Shown here: one piece after another, positions 47,993 through 58,127 of the stretch
Layout: each line of letters starts with the position of its first letter
Numbering within the stretch: the first letter of the stretch is position 1
From: Frankiaceae bacterium
Lineage (GTDB): Bacteria; Actinomycetota; Actinomycetes; JAFAQI01
Reading direction: 5' to 3'
Assembly: GCA_025929365.1 (NCBI GenBank)
Contig: JAICMG010000002.1
Coordinates: forward strand, 1,438-65,437
Length of the DNA stretch: 64,000 nucleotides
Made by a program: the position numbers and the translations under genes
Notes under the pieces: generated by a model
The model's input: the letters and a program-made list of their open reading frames with translations, nothing else
The model's database searches: none
What the model was told of the DNA's origin: nothing

Positions 47993-48352
47993 GTGGCACC
48001 CGCTGACCTGACCGGCCTCAGCGCAGAGTGGTTGAGCATCGGTGCGCTGGCGGAACGAATCGGCGAGCGGCCGAGCCGGATCAAGGACCTGATCCGCGAG
48101 CGCCGCCTGATCGCGGTCGAGGTCGGGGACCCGCCGGTTGCGAGCGTTCCGGTCGAGTTCGTCCACGACGGTGAGCTGGTCAAGGGTCTGGCGGGGGCGT
48201 TGACGGTGCTCTCCGACGCGGGCTTCTCGCCGACCGAGTCGGTGCGGTGGTTGCTCACCGAGGACGAGGTGCTGGCCGGACGGCCGGTGGACCTGATGGC
48301 GGCGGGGCGGCACACCGCGGTGAAGCGCGTCGCGATGGCGCTGGCCTTCTAG
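47993..48352 (+). CDS. Rv2175c-like winged-HTH DNA-binding protein
   Basis: C-terminal similarity to Mtb Rv2175c from memory ([29 protein letters not shown]...[11 protein letters not shown]). HTH segment [20 protein letters not shown]. Confidence 0.5.
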   Translation: MAPADLTGLSAEWLSIGALAERIGERPSRIKDLIRERRLIAVEVGDPPVASVPVEFVHDGELVKGLAGALTVLSDAGFSPTESVRWLLTEDEVLAGRPVDLMAAGRHTAVKRVAMALAF

Positions 48353-48363
48353 AGGCTGCGGTC

Positions 48364-49011
48364 GTGGACGGCGCCGCCCGGCGCGCCCGGCTGGCGGCGG
48401 CGCGGCTCTATCTCTGCGTCGACGGGCGGCGCGACAAGGGGGACCTCGCCGACTTTCTCGACGCGGCGCTGTCGGGCGGGGTCGACATCGTGCAGCTTCG
48501 CGAGAAGGGGCTCGAGGCGCGCGACGAGCTTGCCATGGCCCAGGTCTTCGCCACAGCGGCCGCGCGTCACGGCGCGCTGTTCGCTGTCAACGACCGCGCC
48601 GACATCGCGCGCGCGGCAGGTGCCGATGTGTTGCATGTCGGGCAGGGCGACCTGCCGCCCGATCTCGCCCGCGAGATCGTCGGACCTGAGGTGGTGATCG
48701 GCCTGTCCAGCCACAGTGCGGGCGAAGCGACCGCGGCGAGCCGCGCCCCCGACGTCGACTACTTCTGTGCCGGGCCGGTGTGGCCGACGCCGACCAAGCC
48801 GGGCCGGCCGGCACCGGGACTGCCGCTCGTCCGTCATGCCGCTGCCCTCGGCAGTGATCGGCCGTGGTTTGCGATCGGCGGCATCGACGCCGGGACCATC
48901 GACCAGGTCGTCGATGCAGGCGCCCGCCGCATCGTCGTGGTGCGCGCGATCACGGAGGCAGATGACCCGGGCAGCGCCGCGGCTGCGCTGAAGGCCCGGT
49001 TGGGCGACTGA
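48364..49011 (+). CDS. thiE: thiamine-phosphate synthase
   Basis: LYLCVD, VQLREK and VGLSSH motifs. GTG start 12 nt after the upstream stop. Confidence 0.85.
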   Translation: MDGAARRARLAAARLYLCVDGRRDKGDLADFLDAALSGGVDIVQLREKGLEARDELAMAQVFATAAARHGALFAVNDRADIARAAGADVLHVGQGDLPPDLAREIVGPEVVIGLSSHSAGEATAASRAPDVDYFCAGPVWPTPTKPGRPAPGLPLVRHAAALGSDRPWFAIGGIDAGTIDQVVDAGARRIVVVRAITEADDPGSAAAALKARLGD

Positions 49012-49325
49012 TGCTGTACCTGCTCGTGATGGGCGCATGCGTCGTGGTCACGTTGCCGCTCGAGCTCGTGATCGGCGCACGGGTCTACTCGCGGTGGCGC
49101 CGGCTGCTGCTGACTCTGCTGCCGGTGCTCGCGGCGTTCATCACCTGGGACGTGCTGGCGATACGTGCCCGGTTCTGGTCCTACCGACACCTCACCGGCG
49201 TACGGATCGGAAACCTGCCGATCGAGGAGCTCGTGTTCTTCCTCGTGATCCCGACCTGCTCGATCCTGACGTTCGAAGCGGTACGACGACTGCGTCCCGC
49301 GTGGCTCGCCGGAGACGAGCGGTGA
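49011..49325 (+). CDS. lycopene cyclase domain protein (heterodimeric lycopene cyclase subunit 1)
   Basis: 104 aa, three TMs, lycopene_cycl-type pattern. The ATG overlaps the thiE stop (TGATG). Confidence 0.65.
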   Translation: MLYLLVMGACVVVTLPLELVIGARVYSRWRRLLLTLLPVLAAFITWDVLAIRARFWSYRHLTGVRIGNLPIEELVFFLVIPTCSILTFEAVRRLRPAWLAGDER

Positions 49326-49663
49326 CGTACACCGATGCGGTCGCGCTCGGCGTGGTGTTCGCGGTGTTGCTCGACCTGGCCGTGCTGCGGACGAACCTGT
49401 TGCGACGCAAGGCGTTCTGGGCGTCGTACGCGATCATCGTCGGCTTCCAGCTGCTGGTGAACGGCATCCTCACCGGCAACCGGCTCGTGATGTATTCGCC
49501 CAGCAAGGTGCTCGGTGGCGCGACGCCGCAGCTGCTCGGTGGCTGGCGGATCGCCGATGCGCCGGTCGAGGACCTGCTGTTCGGGTTCTCCCTCGTCGTG
49601 CAGACCCTTGCGTGGTGGGTGTGGTGGGGCCGACGCATCGAGCAGCGGGCAGGTGCGCAGTAG
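49322..49663 (+). CDS. lycopene cyclase domain protein (heterodimeric lycopene cyclase subunit 2)
   Basis: GTGA overlap with the upstream gene. 113 aa, three TMs. Confidence 0.65.
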   Translation: MTYTDAVALGVVFAVLLDLAVLRTNLLRRKAFWASYAIIVGFQLLVNGILTGNRLVMYSPSKVLGGATPQLLGGWRIADAPVEDLLFGFSLVVQTLAWWVWWGRRIEQRAGAQ

Positions 49664-50718
49664 TGCTCGCCGAGCGGCTGACGGCGCAGCTGCTTGCCGG
49701 CGACCAGCCCGCGACGGTCGAGGCGGCGGTTGCGCATCTGCTTGCCGTGCAAGGGCAGGACCCGCGTGGGCTTCGGCTCGCGATGCGGACCCGCACGACG
49801 GGAACGTCGGCTGCGGATGTCGACGACGCGTTCACGAACCATCGAACGCTTGTCGTGACGTGGCTCAACCGAGGAACGCTGCATCTCGTCGCGGCCGAGG
49901 ACTACTGGTGGCTGCACCCGCTCACTACACCGCAGCTCGCGACCGCCAATTCGACGCGCCTGCGCCAGGAAGGCGTCTCGCCGGCGCAGGCCGATCGTGG
50001 CGTCGAGGTGATCTTCCAAGCGATTGCCGCCAGTGGTCCGCGTACCCGAAACGAGCTGTGCGACGCGCTCGATGCGGCGGGGATACCGACTGCAGAGGCG
50101 GCCATGGTGCACCTGCTCTTCGCAGCGTCGTTGCGCGGTGACTTGGTGCGCGGACCGATGCGTGGCAAGCAGCACTGCTTCGTCGGCGCCGCGGAGTGGC
50201 TGGGTCCGCCGCCGGAAGCGCTCGACCGCGGGGAGGCGCTCGCGCGACTGGCAAGGCGCTACCTGGCCGGCCACGGTCCCGCGACCGAACGGGATCTCGC
50301 GAGATGGGCCGGCATCACTCTGGGCGACGCCCGGCTTGGGCTTCGCGGGATCTCTGCGGAGCTCGTGACGCGTCCCGATGGACTGGTCGATCTCGCGGAG
50401 CGCCCTTCCGCGGCGGGAGTTCCGTCGCCCCGGTTGCTCGGGGCGTACGACCCCGTGCTGTGTGGTTGGGCGTCCCGCGACTTCGTGGTGGGCCGCCATA
50501 CCGGGCTCGTCACGAGCAACGGACTGTTTCGGCCCTTCGCTCTCGTCGATGGCCGCGCCGTCGCCACGTGGGGGCTCGACGGCGGGCGGCTCACGATCCG
50601 CTTCTTGGAGTCCGTGCGACGCGGTGATCTGCGCGAGTTGGTGGCGGACGCGAGCGATGTGCTGCGCTTCCTCGGACTGCCGGCTACCGACCCTGAGGTG
50701 GTGGGGCCGGAAGCATGA
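49663..50718 (+). CDS. winged-helix DNA-binding domain protein of the YcaQ/AlkZ (HTH_42) family
   Basis: 351 aa. TAGTG overlap with the upstream stop. Family call from overall pattern, at moderate confidence. Confidence 0.55.
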   Translation: MLAERLTAQLLAGDQPATVEAAVAHLLAVQGQDPRGLRLAMRTRTTGTSAADVDDAFTNHRTLVVTWLNRGTLHLVAAEDYWWLHPLTTPQLATANSTRLRQEGVSPAQADRGVEVIFQAIAASGPRTRNELCDALDAAGIPTAEAAMVHLLFAASLRGDLVRGPMRGKQHCFVGAAEWLGPPPEALDRGEALARLARRYLAGHGPATERDLARWAGITLGDARLGLRGISAELVTRPDGLVDLAERPSAAGVPSPRLLGAYDPVLCGWASRDFVVGRHTGLVTSNGLFRPFALVDGRAVATWGLDGGRLTIRFLESVRRGDLRELVADASDVLRFLGLPATDPEVVGPEA

Positions 50719-50862
50719 GCAGCACCGCGAACAGCAACGTGAGTGCGAGCGCCGTCGTCTGACCCACCTTGTCGAAGCTGGTCAGGCCGTCGAGGTGGCC
50801 GGCATGAAACACGAAGTGCGGCAGGCTGAAGACGAACCAGGCGGCGCCGGATCACGCGATTG
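50705..50862 (-). pseudogene. start-less ORF remnant encoding a hydrophobic C-terminus (WFVFSLPHFVFHAGHLDGLTSFDKVGQTTALALTLLFAVLLML...)
   Basis: Minus-strand frame is open for about 52 codons after an in-frame TGA, with no start codon. Lies in the 208-nt gap between the AlkZ-like gene and crtB. Confidence 0.25.
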
Positions 50863-50926
50863 CCGCCTGAAGACCTTCTAACGTCGTCAACCGGCAATGG
50901 TGCAACCGCTCGATGGCGCCAGTCTC

Positions 50927-51832
50927 CTAGCGGGCCCGGCGCGCCCTGGCCCAGGCCGGTACGGCGACAGCGAGCCGCCGCGGCAGCGACACCTTCGCGC
51001 GCCGGTCGAGGACGCGGTAGCCCGACCGTTCGATCGCGTCGAGGATGCCGCGGTAGAGCCGGAACGCGGTCCGCACGCAGTCGCGCGACGAGGGATGCAG
51101 CAGCTCGATGCCGGGCTCCGCGGAGTGGTACAGCTCGTGCGCGCGGCTGATCTCGAAGGCGAGCAATGCACGGATGTTCGCGTCGACCGTGCCGGTGGCA
51201 AGGTCATCGACCGTCACGCCGAACGCGGTCAGGTCGTCCTTCGGCAGATACACCCGGCCGCGGGCGAGATCCTCGCCGACGTCGCGGATGAAGTTCGTGA
51301 GCTGGAAGGCGATGCCGAGCGTGCGCGCGTACGGCTCCGCCTCGTTCATCGAGCCGGGCACGCTGCCGAGGATCGGCAGCAGCTGCGACCCGATCGTGGC
51401 CGCGGAGCCCTGCATGTAGACGACGAGGTCGTGCCAGGTCGCGTACTCCGACACCTCGAGGTCCATGCGCATCGAGGCGAGGAAGTCGTCGAACAGGTGC
51501 AACGGGATGTTGTTGCGCACGATCGCGTCGTGCACCGCCGGCATGATCGGGTCCTCGCCCGCACCGCGCAACAACAGCTCGGTCCACTCGGTGAGCTGCC
51601 GGTCACGTTCCGCGGCGTCGAGCGCGGGGTCGATCGCGTCGACGATCTCGTCGGCCCGCCGCGCGAACCCGTAGAGCGCGTGCACGGCCGGCCGTTTGGC
51701 GGGCGGCAGCAGAGCGGTTGCGAGGTAGAAGGTGCGGCCATGCGCGGCGTTGACCGCGCGACATGCACGGTAGGACTCCCGCAGCTTCGGATCGGCGATG
51801 CCTGCCGCGTCGAGGGCCCGCCAGTGGTTCAT
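50927..51832 (-). CDS. crtB: phytoene synthase
   Basis: Squalene/phytoene synthase motifs (YLATALLPP...RRADEIVD, ...DVGEDLARGRVYLP). Confidence 0.85.
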   Translation of the reverse strand: MNHWRALDAAGIADPKLRESYRACRAVNAAHGRTFYLATALLPPAKRPAVHALYGFARRADEIVDAIDPALDAAERDRQLTEWTELLLRGAGEDPIMPAVHDAIVRNNIPLHLFDDFLASMRMDLEVSEYATWHDLVVYMQGSAATIGSQLLPILGSVPGSMNEAEPYARTLGIAFQLTNFIRDVGEDLARGRVYLPKDDLTAFGVTVDDLATGTVDANIRALLAFEISRAHELYHSAEPGIELLHPSSRDCVRTAFRLYRGILDAIERSGYRVLDRRAKVSLPRRLAVAVPAWARARRAR

Positions 51833-53307
51833 CGGACCGGCCCGACGATGCGTTCGGCGGCGAGCCGCCCGGACAGCAGGACCATCGGTACGCCGACCCC
51901 GGGCTGGGTCCCGGTGCCGGCGAACACGACGTTGTCGAAGGCGAGGTTCGACGGTCGGAACGGTCCGGTCTGGCCGAAGCTGTGTGCGATCGAGAACGGC
52001 GTGCCGCGCGCCATCCCGCGGCGGGCCCAGTCGGCCGGCGTCGTGAACGACTCGACCTCGATGGCGTCGCCGAAGCCGGCGTAGCCGAGCGTCTCGAGTC
52101 GCTTCACGATCTGGTCACGGTAGCCCGGTCCCATCGAGTCCCAATCCGTCGCGCCGTCGAGGTTCGGGACCGGCACGAGGACGTACCACGACGACTTGCC
52201 TGCGGGTGCGAGTGCCGGATCAGTGACCGTCGGCACCGAGACCAGAAGCGACGGATCCGTTGCCGGGAGGCGTGCGCTGATCAGCTCGCGGAACGTCTCC
52301 CGCCAGGCCTTTCCGAAGTGGATCGTGTGATGCGCCATGCCGGTATCGGGCAGTGACGACCCGGCGAGCAGCGACGCGCACGACGGCGAGTACTCGAGCT
52401 TGCCCAGTCGCCGCGGCGCAGAGTCGACCGGAAGGAGGTCCCATGCCGAGGCCAGGTCGGCATTGAGAACGACGACGTCGGCTGCGATGCGATCGCCCGA
52501 GGAGGTGTGCACCGCAGTTGCGCGCGACCCGGCCATCTCGACCTTGGTCGCGGTCGTGTCGTAGCGGATGTCGACCCCGTGCTTCTCGGCCGCGCCGGCG
52601 AGCGCGACGGGCACGGCGTGCATCCCGCCGACCGGAAACCACACGCCCGCCACGCAGTCCATGTAGGCGATCACGGCATAGATCGCGAGGGCGTCGTACG
52701 GCGACCGCCCGGCGTACATCGACTGGAACGTGAAGATGCGGCGCAGCCGCTCGTCTGCGAAGTAGGAGTCGACCTTCGGCGCCAGCCGCCGGAACCCACC
52801 CATCGCGACCAGCCGCGCGAGTGAAGGACGCAGCAGGTCGAGTGGGCCGTCGAGGTTGCGGTCGATGAAGTCGGAGCGTTCCAGCGCGTACAGCCGCTCC
52901 GCGAAGGCCACGAACCGCCGATAGCCGGCCGCGTCGCGCGGGCTGATGACGGTGCCGATCTGCTCAGCCATCACCTCGACGTCCGCGATGACATCGAGCC
53001 GCGACCCGTCGGCGAAGCAGGCACGGTACGCCGGCTCGACCCGGCGCAGGTCGAGCCAGTCGTCGAGCTCTTCGCCGACGCACGCGAGCGCATCCGCGAT
53101 CAGGTCGGGCATCGTCAGGACGGTCGGGCCGGTGTCGAAGCGGAATCCGTCGATCTCCGCGAGACCCGCCCGCCCGCCGGGCACCGACTCGCGCTCGATC
53201 ACCGTCACACGGCGACCGGCACCCGCCAGGCGCAGCGCGGCGGACAGTCCACCCAGTCCCGCGCCGACGATGACCACGTGGTCGGTCGGGCCGTGCACCG
53301 TGCGCAC
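51829..53307 (-). CDS. crtI: phytoene desaturase
   Basis: VVIVGAGLGGLSAA Rossmann N-terminus. 492 aa. 4-nt overlap with crtB. Confidence 0.85.
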   Translation of the reverse strand: MRTVHGPTDHVVIVGAGLGGLSAALRLAGAGRRVTVIERESVPGGRAGLAEIDGFRFDTGPTVLTMPDLIADALACVGEELDDWLDLRRVEPAYRACFADGSRLDVIADVEVMAEQIGTVISPRDAAGYRRFVAFAERLYALERSDFIDRNLDGPLDLLRPSLARLVAMGGFRRLAPKVDSYFADERLRRIFTFQSMYAGRSPYDALAIYAVIAYMDCVAGVWFPVGGMHAVPVALAGAAEKHGVDIRYDTTATKVEMAGSRATAVHTSSGDRIAADVVVLNADLASAWDLLPVDSAPRRLGKLEYSPSCASLLAGSSLPDTGMAHHTIHFGKAWRETFRELISARLPATDPSLLVSVPTVTDPALAPAGKSSWYVLVPVPNLDGATDWDSMGPGYRDQIVKRLETLGYAGFGDAIEVESFTTPADWARRGMARGTPFSIAHSFGQTGPFRPSNLAFDNVVFAGTGTQPGVGVPMVLLSGRLAAERIVGPVR

Positions 53308-53316
53308 AGCGTCGCC

Positions 53317-54372
53317 CTACTCGTGCCGGTAGCTGGCCGCGTCGGCCAGTGCGATGAGCTCCTCGCGCGCGGTCGGTTCGAGGGACACGCTGGACAGCGC
53401 CGCGAGCGCGTCGTCGAGCCGGCTGCTGATCATCGACTCGACCTCTGACGCGACGCCGCAGTCGGTGATCACCTGGCGCGCTCGCGCGATGTCAGCGTCG
53501 CCGACCTCGCTGCGACCAAGGACGTCGTGCAGCACCTTGGCCTCTGCCGGCGCGGCGCGCTCGACGGCAAGGGCGACGAGCACGGTCTGCTTTCCCTCGC
53601 GCAGGTCGTCGCCCGCCGGCTTGCCCGTGTTGCCCGGTTCGCCGAACACCCCGAGCAGGTCGTCGCGGAGCTGGAAGGCCTCACCCAGCGGGATGCCGTA
53701 TGCGGTGTACGCCGCGATCACATCTGCGCGCGCGCCCACCATCGCCGCGCCGAGATGCAGCGGTCGCTCGACGGTGTACTTCGCTGCTTTGTAGCGCGCC
53801 ACCCGCAGCGCACGCTCGACGGTGGTCGCGCCGCGCGACTGCTCCACGATGTCGAGGTACTGGCCCGCCATCACTTCGGTGCGCATCGCCGCCGCCACCG
53901 GCCGCGCCCTGCGGAGCGCCGCGTCGTGCAGGCCACTTGTCGCCATCATCGCGTCCGACCACGCCAGCAACACGTCGCCGATCAGGATCGCCGCTGCCGT
54001 ACCGAAGTCGTCGGCGTCACCGAGCCACCCGGCTTCGCGGTGCAGCGCGGTGAACCGCTCGTGCACCGCAGGCCGGCCGCGGCGGGTTGCGCTGTGGTCG
54101 ATCACGTCGTCGTGCACCAGGGCGCATGCCTGCAGCAGCTCGAGACTTGCCGCCGCCCACACGAGGGCACCGGAGTCCTCGCCGCCTGCGGCCAGCGCAC
54201 CCCAGAAGCAGAACGCGGGCCGCAGCCGCTTGCCGCCGTCGAGCACGAACTCTTCGGCCGCGTCGGCGACCGGGACGAGGTCGTCGCCGATCGCGCGGAG
54301 CTCGTCGGTCGCGATGGACATGAAGTCACGCAGGGCGCCCTCGATGCGGTCCCGGATCGCCTCGCTCACCAC
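53317..54372 (-). CDS. crtE: geranylgeranyl diphosphate synthase (polyprenyl synthetase)
   Basis: FARM LVHDDVIDHS and SARM GEAFQLRDDLLG. GTG start after AGGAG. The ORF's longer 5' extension is rejected. Confidence 0.8.
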   Translation of the reverse strand: MVSEAIRDRIEGALRDFMSIATDELRAIGDDLVPVADAAEEFVLDGGKRLRPAFCFWGALAAGGEDSGALVWAAASLELLQACALVHDDVIDHSATRRGRPAVHERFTALHREAGWLGDADDFGTAAAILIGDVLLAWSDAMMATSGLHDAALRRARPVAAAMRTEVMAGQYLDIVEQSRGATTVERALRVARYKAAKYTVERPLHLGAAMVGARADVIAAYTAYGIPLGEAFQLRDDLLGVFGEPGNTGKPAGDDLREGKQTVLVALAVERAAPAEAKVLHDVLGRSEVGDADIARARQVITDCGVASEVESMISSRLDDALAALSSVSLEPTAREELIALADAASYRHE

Positions 54373-54557
54373 TTGAGCATCTCCTACGGAGATCAGACCA
54401 AGCAGGGGACCTCTCCTGGCGCGAAAGCACGACCAGAGCAGCTCTGCGTGGCGGATAACCCGAGCGGAGCTCCTCTGCTTGGGCAGATACTGGTGAGGTG
54501 CCTGGGGTCTCCGCCGCTCGCGTGACGTCCGATGCGCGCCCGACAACGGCCAAGCGC

Positions 54558-55436
54558 ATGACCATCCGTGAGCTGCTCGCGAGCGGCAACCGCTCGTACT
54601 CCTTCGAGTTCTTCCCCCCGAAGACCCCCGATGGTGAGCGCGCGCTCTGGCAGGCGCTGCGCGAGGTCGAGTCGCTCCACCCCACCTTCGTCTCCGTGAC
54701 GTACGGCGCCGGCGGATCGACGCGGGACCACACGGTCTCGATCACCGAGCGGATCGCCGCCGAGACGACGCTTACCGCCGTCGGCCATCTCACCGCGGTC
54801 AACCACTCCGTCGCCGAGCTGCGTCACGTGATCGGCCAGTACGCCGATGCGGGCATCCGCAACGTGCTGGCACTGCGTGGCGACCCACCCGGCAACCCCC
54901 AGGCCGATTGGGTCGCGCATCCCGAAGGAGTCGCCTACGCCTCCGACCTGGTCCGGCTCGTCCGCGAGTCCGGCGACTTCTGCGTCGGTGTCGCGGCCTT
55001 CCCCGAGAAGCACCCGCGGTCACCCGACTTCGAGTCCGACGTGAGCTACTTCATCGACAAGTGCCGTGCTGGTGCCGACTTCGCGATCACCCAGATGTTC
55101 TTCCGCGCCGAGGACTATCTCCGGCTCCGCGACCGTGTCGTGGCCGCAGGTTGCGACGTGCCGATCCTGCCCGGGATCATGCCGGTGACGAACGTGTCCC
55201 AGATCGAGCGCTTCGCCGTGCTGGTGGGAGCGGCGTTCCCGGCCGACCTCGCTGAACGGCTGCACGCCGTCGAGGACGATGCGGCCGCGGTGCGGGCGAT
55301 CGGCGTCGAGGTGGCCACCGAGCTGTGCGAGACATTGCTTGCCGAGGGCGCCCCGGGACTGCACTTCATCACCCTCAACCGGTCGACATCCTCGCGCGAG
55401 ATCTACCAGCAGCTCGGACTACCGGCGTCGTCCTAG
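54558..55436 (+). CDS. metF: methylenetetrahydrofolate reductase
   Basis: [10 protein letters not shown] and [10 protein letters not shown] motifs. Start at MTIRELL. Confidence 0.85.
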   Translation: MTIRELLASGNRSYSFEFFPPKTPDGERALWQALREVESLHPTFVSVTYGAGGSTRDHTVSITERIAAETTLTAVGHLTAVNHSVAELRHVIGQYADAGIRNVLALRGDPPGNPQADWVAHPEGVAYASDLVRLVRESGDFCVGVAAFPEKHPRSPDFESDVSYFIDKCRAGADFAITQMFFRAEDYLRLRDRVVAAGCDVPILPGIMPVTNVSQIERFAVLVGAAFPADLAERLHAVEDDAAAVRAIGVEVATELCETLLAEGAPGLHFITLNRSTSSREIYQQLGLPASS

Positions 55437-56933
55437 GTCGCGCCGGATCACGGCCGCCGCGGATCGACCGCTGGCGCCCCATACGCCGCCGCCGGGATGC
55501 GTCGACGCGCCGCAGACGTAAAGCCCCGCGTGCGGAGTGCGGTACGTCGACCAGCCCGGCAGCGGTCGCAGTCCGAACAGCGAGTCGAGCTCGGTCTCGA
55601 CATGCATGACGTTGCCGCCGTGCAGACCCAGCTCGCGCTCGAGATCGAGCGGTGTCTGGACAAACCGCTGCACGACACCGGACGAGAAACCTGGCGCCCA
55701 GCGGTCGACCGCAGCCAGCAGCGCATCGCCGACACGCTCGCGTTCGCTGTCCCAGTCCGCACCTCGCAGATGTCGTGGGTGCCATTGCGCCCACACCGAG
55801 ACGACGTGCTTCCCGGCCGGTGCGAGTGTCGGGTCGTCCGCGGTCGGCGTCATCACGATCAGCGGCGGCTCTCTCGACGCTTCACCCCTGAGGAAGTCGC
55901 CGTATGCCGCACGCAGCTGGTCGGGTGACTCGACGAGCAGCTGCATCGCCGTGTGCACGCCGGGGACGTCGACGCGATACGCCGGCAGCCGATCGGCCAG
56001 GACCCGCATGACCATGCCGATGCCGTCGCCGATTCGCACCGCGCGCCGGGCAACGTCGTCGCCGACGAGTCGTGCGGCATCCGTCACGTGGCACGCCGCC
56101 AGCACTGCACGCGAGGCGATCCGCTCGCCCGATCGCGTGACGACCGCCGACACCGACCCGGTGCGAGGCTCGATGCCCGTGACCGCATCCCCGGTGCGGA
56201 TGGTCGCGCCGTACGACACGAGCCGGGCCGCGAGTGCCTCGCTGAGCCTTCCGCTTCCGCCTCGGGGCCGGCCGGGCCGCTTGAGGTGGAGCAAGGCGGC
56301 GGTACCGGCCATCGGTGCCGTGCCGACCGCATGCGGTGGCGGACCGGACTGCGCCGCCCACCACCCGAGTGCGCCGCGCAGGCGCTCGTCGTCGAAGCGA
56401 CGCGCGAGCATCGCCTCAGCCGGCTCGACGAAGCCGCGCACGACGTCGGCGGGCTTGCCGGCCCGGCGCATGAGGGAAACACCGCGCCGGCCGAGCCAGG
56501 ACGCGGTCGGGGGCCTGGAGGCGACGTCGAGGAACCACCTCATGCGCGGTGTCCACTCCGCGATGAAGTCGCGGTACGCCGCGGCGTCATGCGCTCCGCA
56601 GCTCGCCTCGATCGACGCGCAGGTCGCGTCGAGATCGCTCGACAGGCGCAGCGGCGCGTCGGGGTGGGGCAGCACGCCCCACGGTTCGACGTCGTCGTAG
56701 ACGAGCCCGAGCTCGTCGAGCCGTAGATCCTCCGCGATGCCGGTGTGCCGGACCATTACATGGATGCTCGAGCCACGGTCGACCCGCACGCCCGGCCATC
56801 GCTCGACGGTCGACACGGCCCCGCCGATGACCGTGTCCGCCTCGACCACCTCGACATCGAGTCCGGCGCGGGCGAGATAGCAGGCGGCGACCAGGCCGTT
56901 GTGGCCGGCACCGACCACGACGACGTCTCGCAC
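55419..56933 (-). CDS. FAD-dependent oxidoreductase of the phytoene-desaturase (CrtI/CrtD) family
   Basis: GTG start [14 protein letters not shown]. 504 aa. Convergent 18-nt overlap with metF. Confidence 0.65.
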   Translation of the reverse strand: MRDVVVVGAGHNGLVAACYLARAGLDVEVVEADTVIGGAVSTVERWPGVRVDRGSSIHVMVRHTGIAEDLRLDELGLVYDDVEPWGVLPHPDAPLRLSSDLDATCASIEASCGAHDAAAYRDFIAEWTPRMRWFLDVASRPPTASWLGRRGVSLMRRAGKPADVVRGFVEPAEAMLARRFDDERLRGALGWWAAQSGPPPHAVGTAPMAGTAALLHLKRPGRPRGGSGRLSEALAARLVSYGATIRTGDAVTGIEPRTGSVSAVVTRSGERIASRAVLAACHVTDAARLVGDDVARRAVRIGDGIGMVMRVLADRLPAYRVDVPGVHTAMQLLVESPDQLRAAYGDFLRGEASREPPLIVMTPTADDPTLAPAGKHVVSVWAQWHPRHLRGADWDSERERVGDALLAAVDRWAPGFSSGVVQRFVQTPLDLERELGLHGGNVMHVETELDSLFGLRPLPGWSTYRTPHAGLYVCGASTHPGGGVWGASGRSAAAVIRRDLGRRR

Positions 56934-56959
56934 ACGAGCCGCAACTGCCTGCGTGGCCG

Positions 56960-57523
56960 TCAGAGATCGACTCCCATGATCGCGTAGACCTCCGAGCTGC
57001 CCGGGAAGTAGAAGCCGCAGAGCAGGTCCTCGAAGCCGAACGACCGGTACAGCCTCCGTGCCGGTGAGTCGGCGTCGGGCGTCGACAGGACGGCACGTTT
57101 CGCGGTGGCGCGGCTCAGGACGTCCGTGAGCAGCCGGCGCCCCAGGCCGGCGCCCTGATGATCGGGCAGGACGTGGAGCTCGGCGAGCTCGAAGCCGTCC
57201 CGAAGCCATCGCCGAGCGCCGTCGCGGCCGAGCGCGTGGGCGACCGTGTCGTGCCACCACTGCCCACGGGCACCGAGATAGCCGTAGCCGAAGCCGATCA
57301 GATCACCGTCGAGCTGCTCGTCGCCGCCGTCGCCGGAGCCGCCGAACGCGGCGGCGCAGACGAAGCCGGGATAGGTCGTGTGGCTCGCGATGATCTCGCG
57401 GCGCTGGACGACGACCTCGGGGCTGCGGTGCATTGCGGCGCCGTACACGAACGCCGCCGGCCCGGCGAGGGCACGCAGTCGTGCGGCCTCCAGGCGCTCG
57501 ACCCGCTGGGCGTTCGGGTGCAC
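56960..57523 (-). CDS. GNAT family N-acetyltransferase
   Basis: Acetyl-CoA motif QGAGLGRRLL. Confidence 0.65.
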   Translation of the reverse strand: MHPNAQRVERLEAARLRALAGPAAFVYGAAMHRSPEVVVQRREIIASHTTYPGFVCAAAFGGSGDGGDEQLDGDLIGFGYGYLGARGQWWHDTVAHALGRDGARRWLRDGFELAELHVLPDHQGAGLGRRLLTDVLSRATAKRAVLSTPDADSPARRLYRSFGFEDLLCGFYFPGSSEVYAIMGVDL

Positions 57524-57565
57524 CAGCGGACGCTAACGCACCGCTTGGTGCTTGACTCGACCCGA

Positions 57566-57585
57566 GTTCGAACGTATGTTCGAAC
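57566..57585. promoter_or_regulatory. tandem palindromes GTTCGAAC-N4-GTTCGAAC directly upstream of the HEPN gene start
   Basis: Read directly. Ends 1 nt before the ATG at 57587. Lies in the divergent GNAT/HEPN promoter. Confidence 0.4.
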
Positions 57586-57586
57586 C

Positions 57587-58105
57587 ATGACAGCACTGCT
57601 CGAGATGCCCCGGCCGATGCCCGCCAGCCGCGCGGTTCCGGCTGCTGCGCTGAAGCTGGCGGTGGCGGCGCGACGTGCGCTCGGCGAGGCCGAACAAGCA
57701 CGCGATCCAGGCGAGCGGTACGCCGAGGCGCACCTGGCTGCGCTTCGCGCCGCCGCAGCGATTCTGGCGGCCGAAGCCCGTCCGGACGTCGACCGGTCGG
57801 TTCGCCGCGGCCGGCCGACGAGTGTGTGGACCCTGCTCCTGCGGGTTGCACCGGAGCTGACGGAATGGGCGACCTTCTTCGCCGCCGGCGCGGACAAGCG
57901 AGTGGCGGCGCAGGCCGGCATGCGGGGCGCGGTCACGGTCCGTGAGGCCGACGACCTCGTGCGCGATGCCGGCCTCTTCCTTGAGCTGGTGGGCGGCCGG
58001 CTGGGCCTGCCGGCGGCGCGACAGGCAGCTCTGCCGCTGGGAATCGCGCGGGTCTACCCGGCCCACGGCGAGACGCGGCGCCGAAGCACCACCGCTTCGC
58101 GCTGA
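57587..58105 (+). CDS. SAV_6107-family HEPN domain protein
   Basis: 172 aa, alpha-helical, Arg/Ala-rich. Family call from memory of the AHLAALRAAAAIL-type pattern. Confidence 0.5.
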   Translation: MTALLEMPRPMPASRAVPAAALKLAVAARRALGEAEQARDPGERYAEAHLAALRAAAAILAAEARPDVDRSVRRGRPTSVWTLLLRVAPELTEWATFFAAGADKRVAAQAGMRGAVTVREADDLVRDAGLFLELVGGRLGLPAARQAALPLGIARVYPAHGETRRRSTTASR

Positions 58106-58127
58106 GGCACGCCGTACGGTTACGGAC

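Noticed and set aside
54373-54557. Possible SAM riboswitch upstream of metF
   Set aside because: I could not recognise SAM-I, SAM-II or SAM-IV conserved cores in the crtE/metF divergent spacer. It is probably a plain promoter region. It could be checked with cmsearch.
57490-57590. Possible tRNA suggested by GAGTTCGAAC-like T-loop text
   Set aside because: No cloverleaf can be built. The region is the 5' end of the GNAT gene plus the promoter palindromes. No GGTTCGAATCC-type T-arm is present anywhere in the window.
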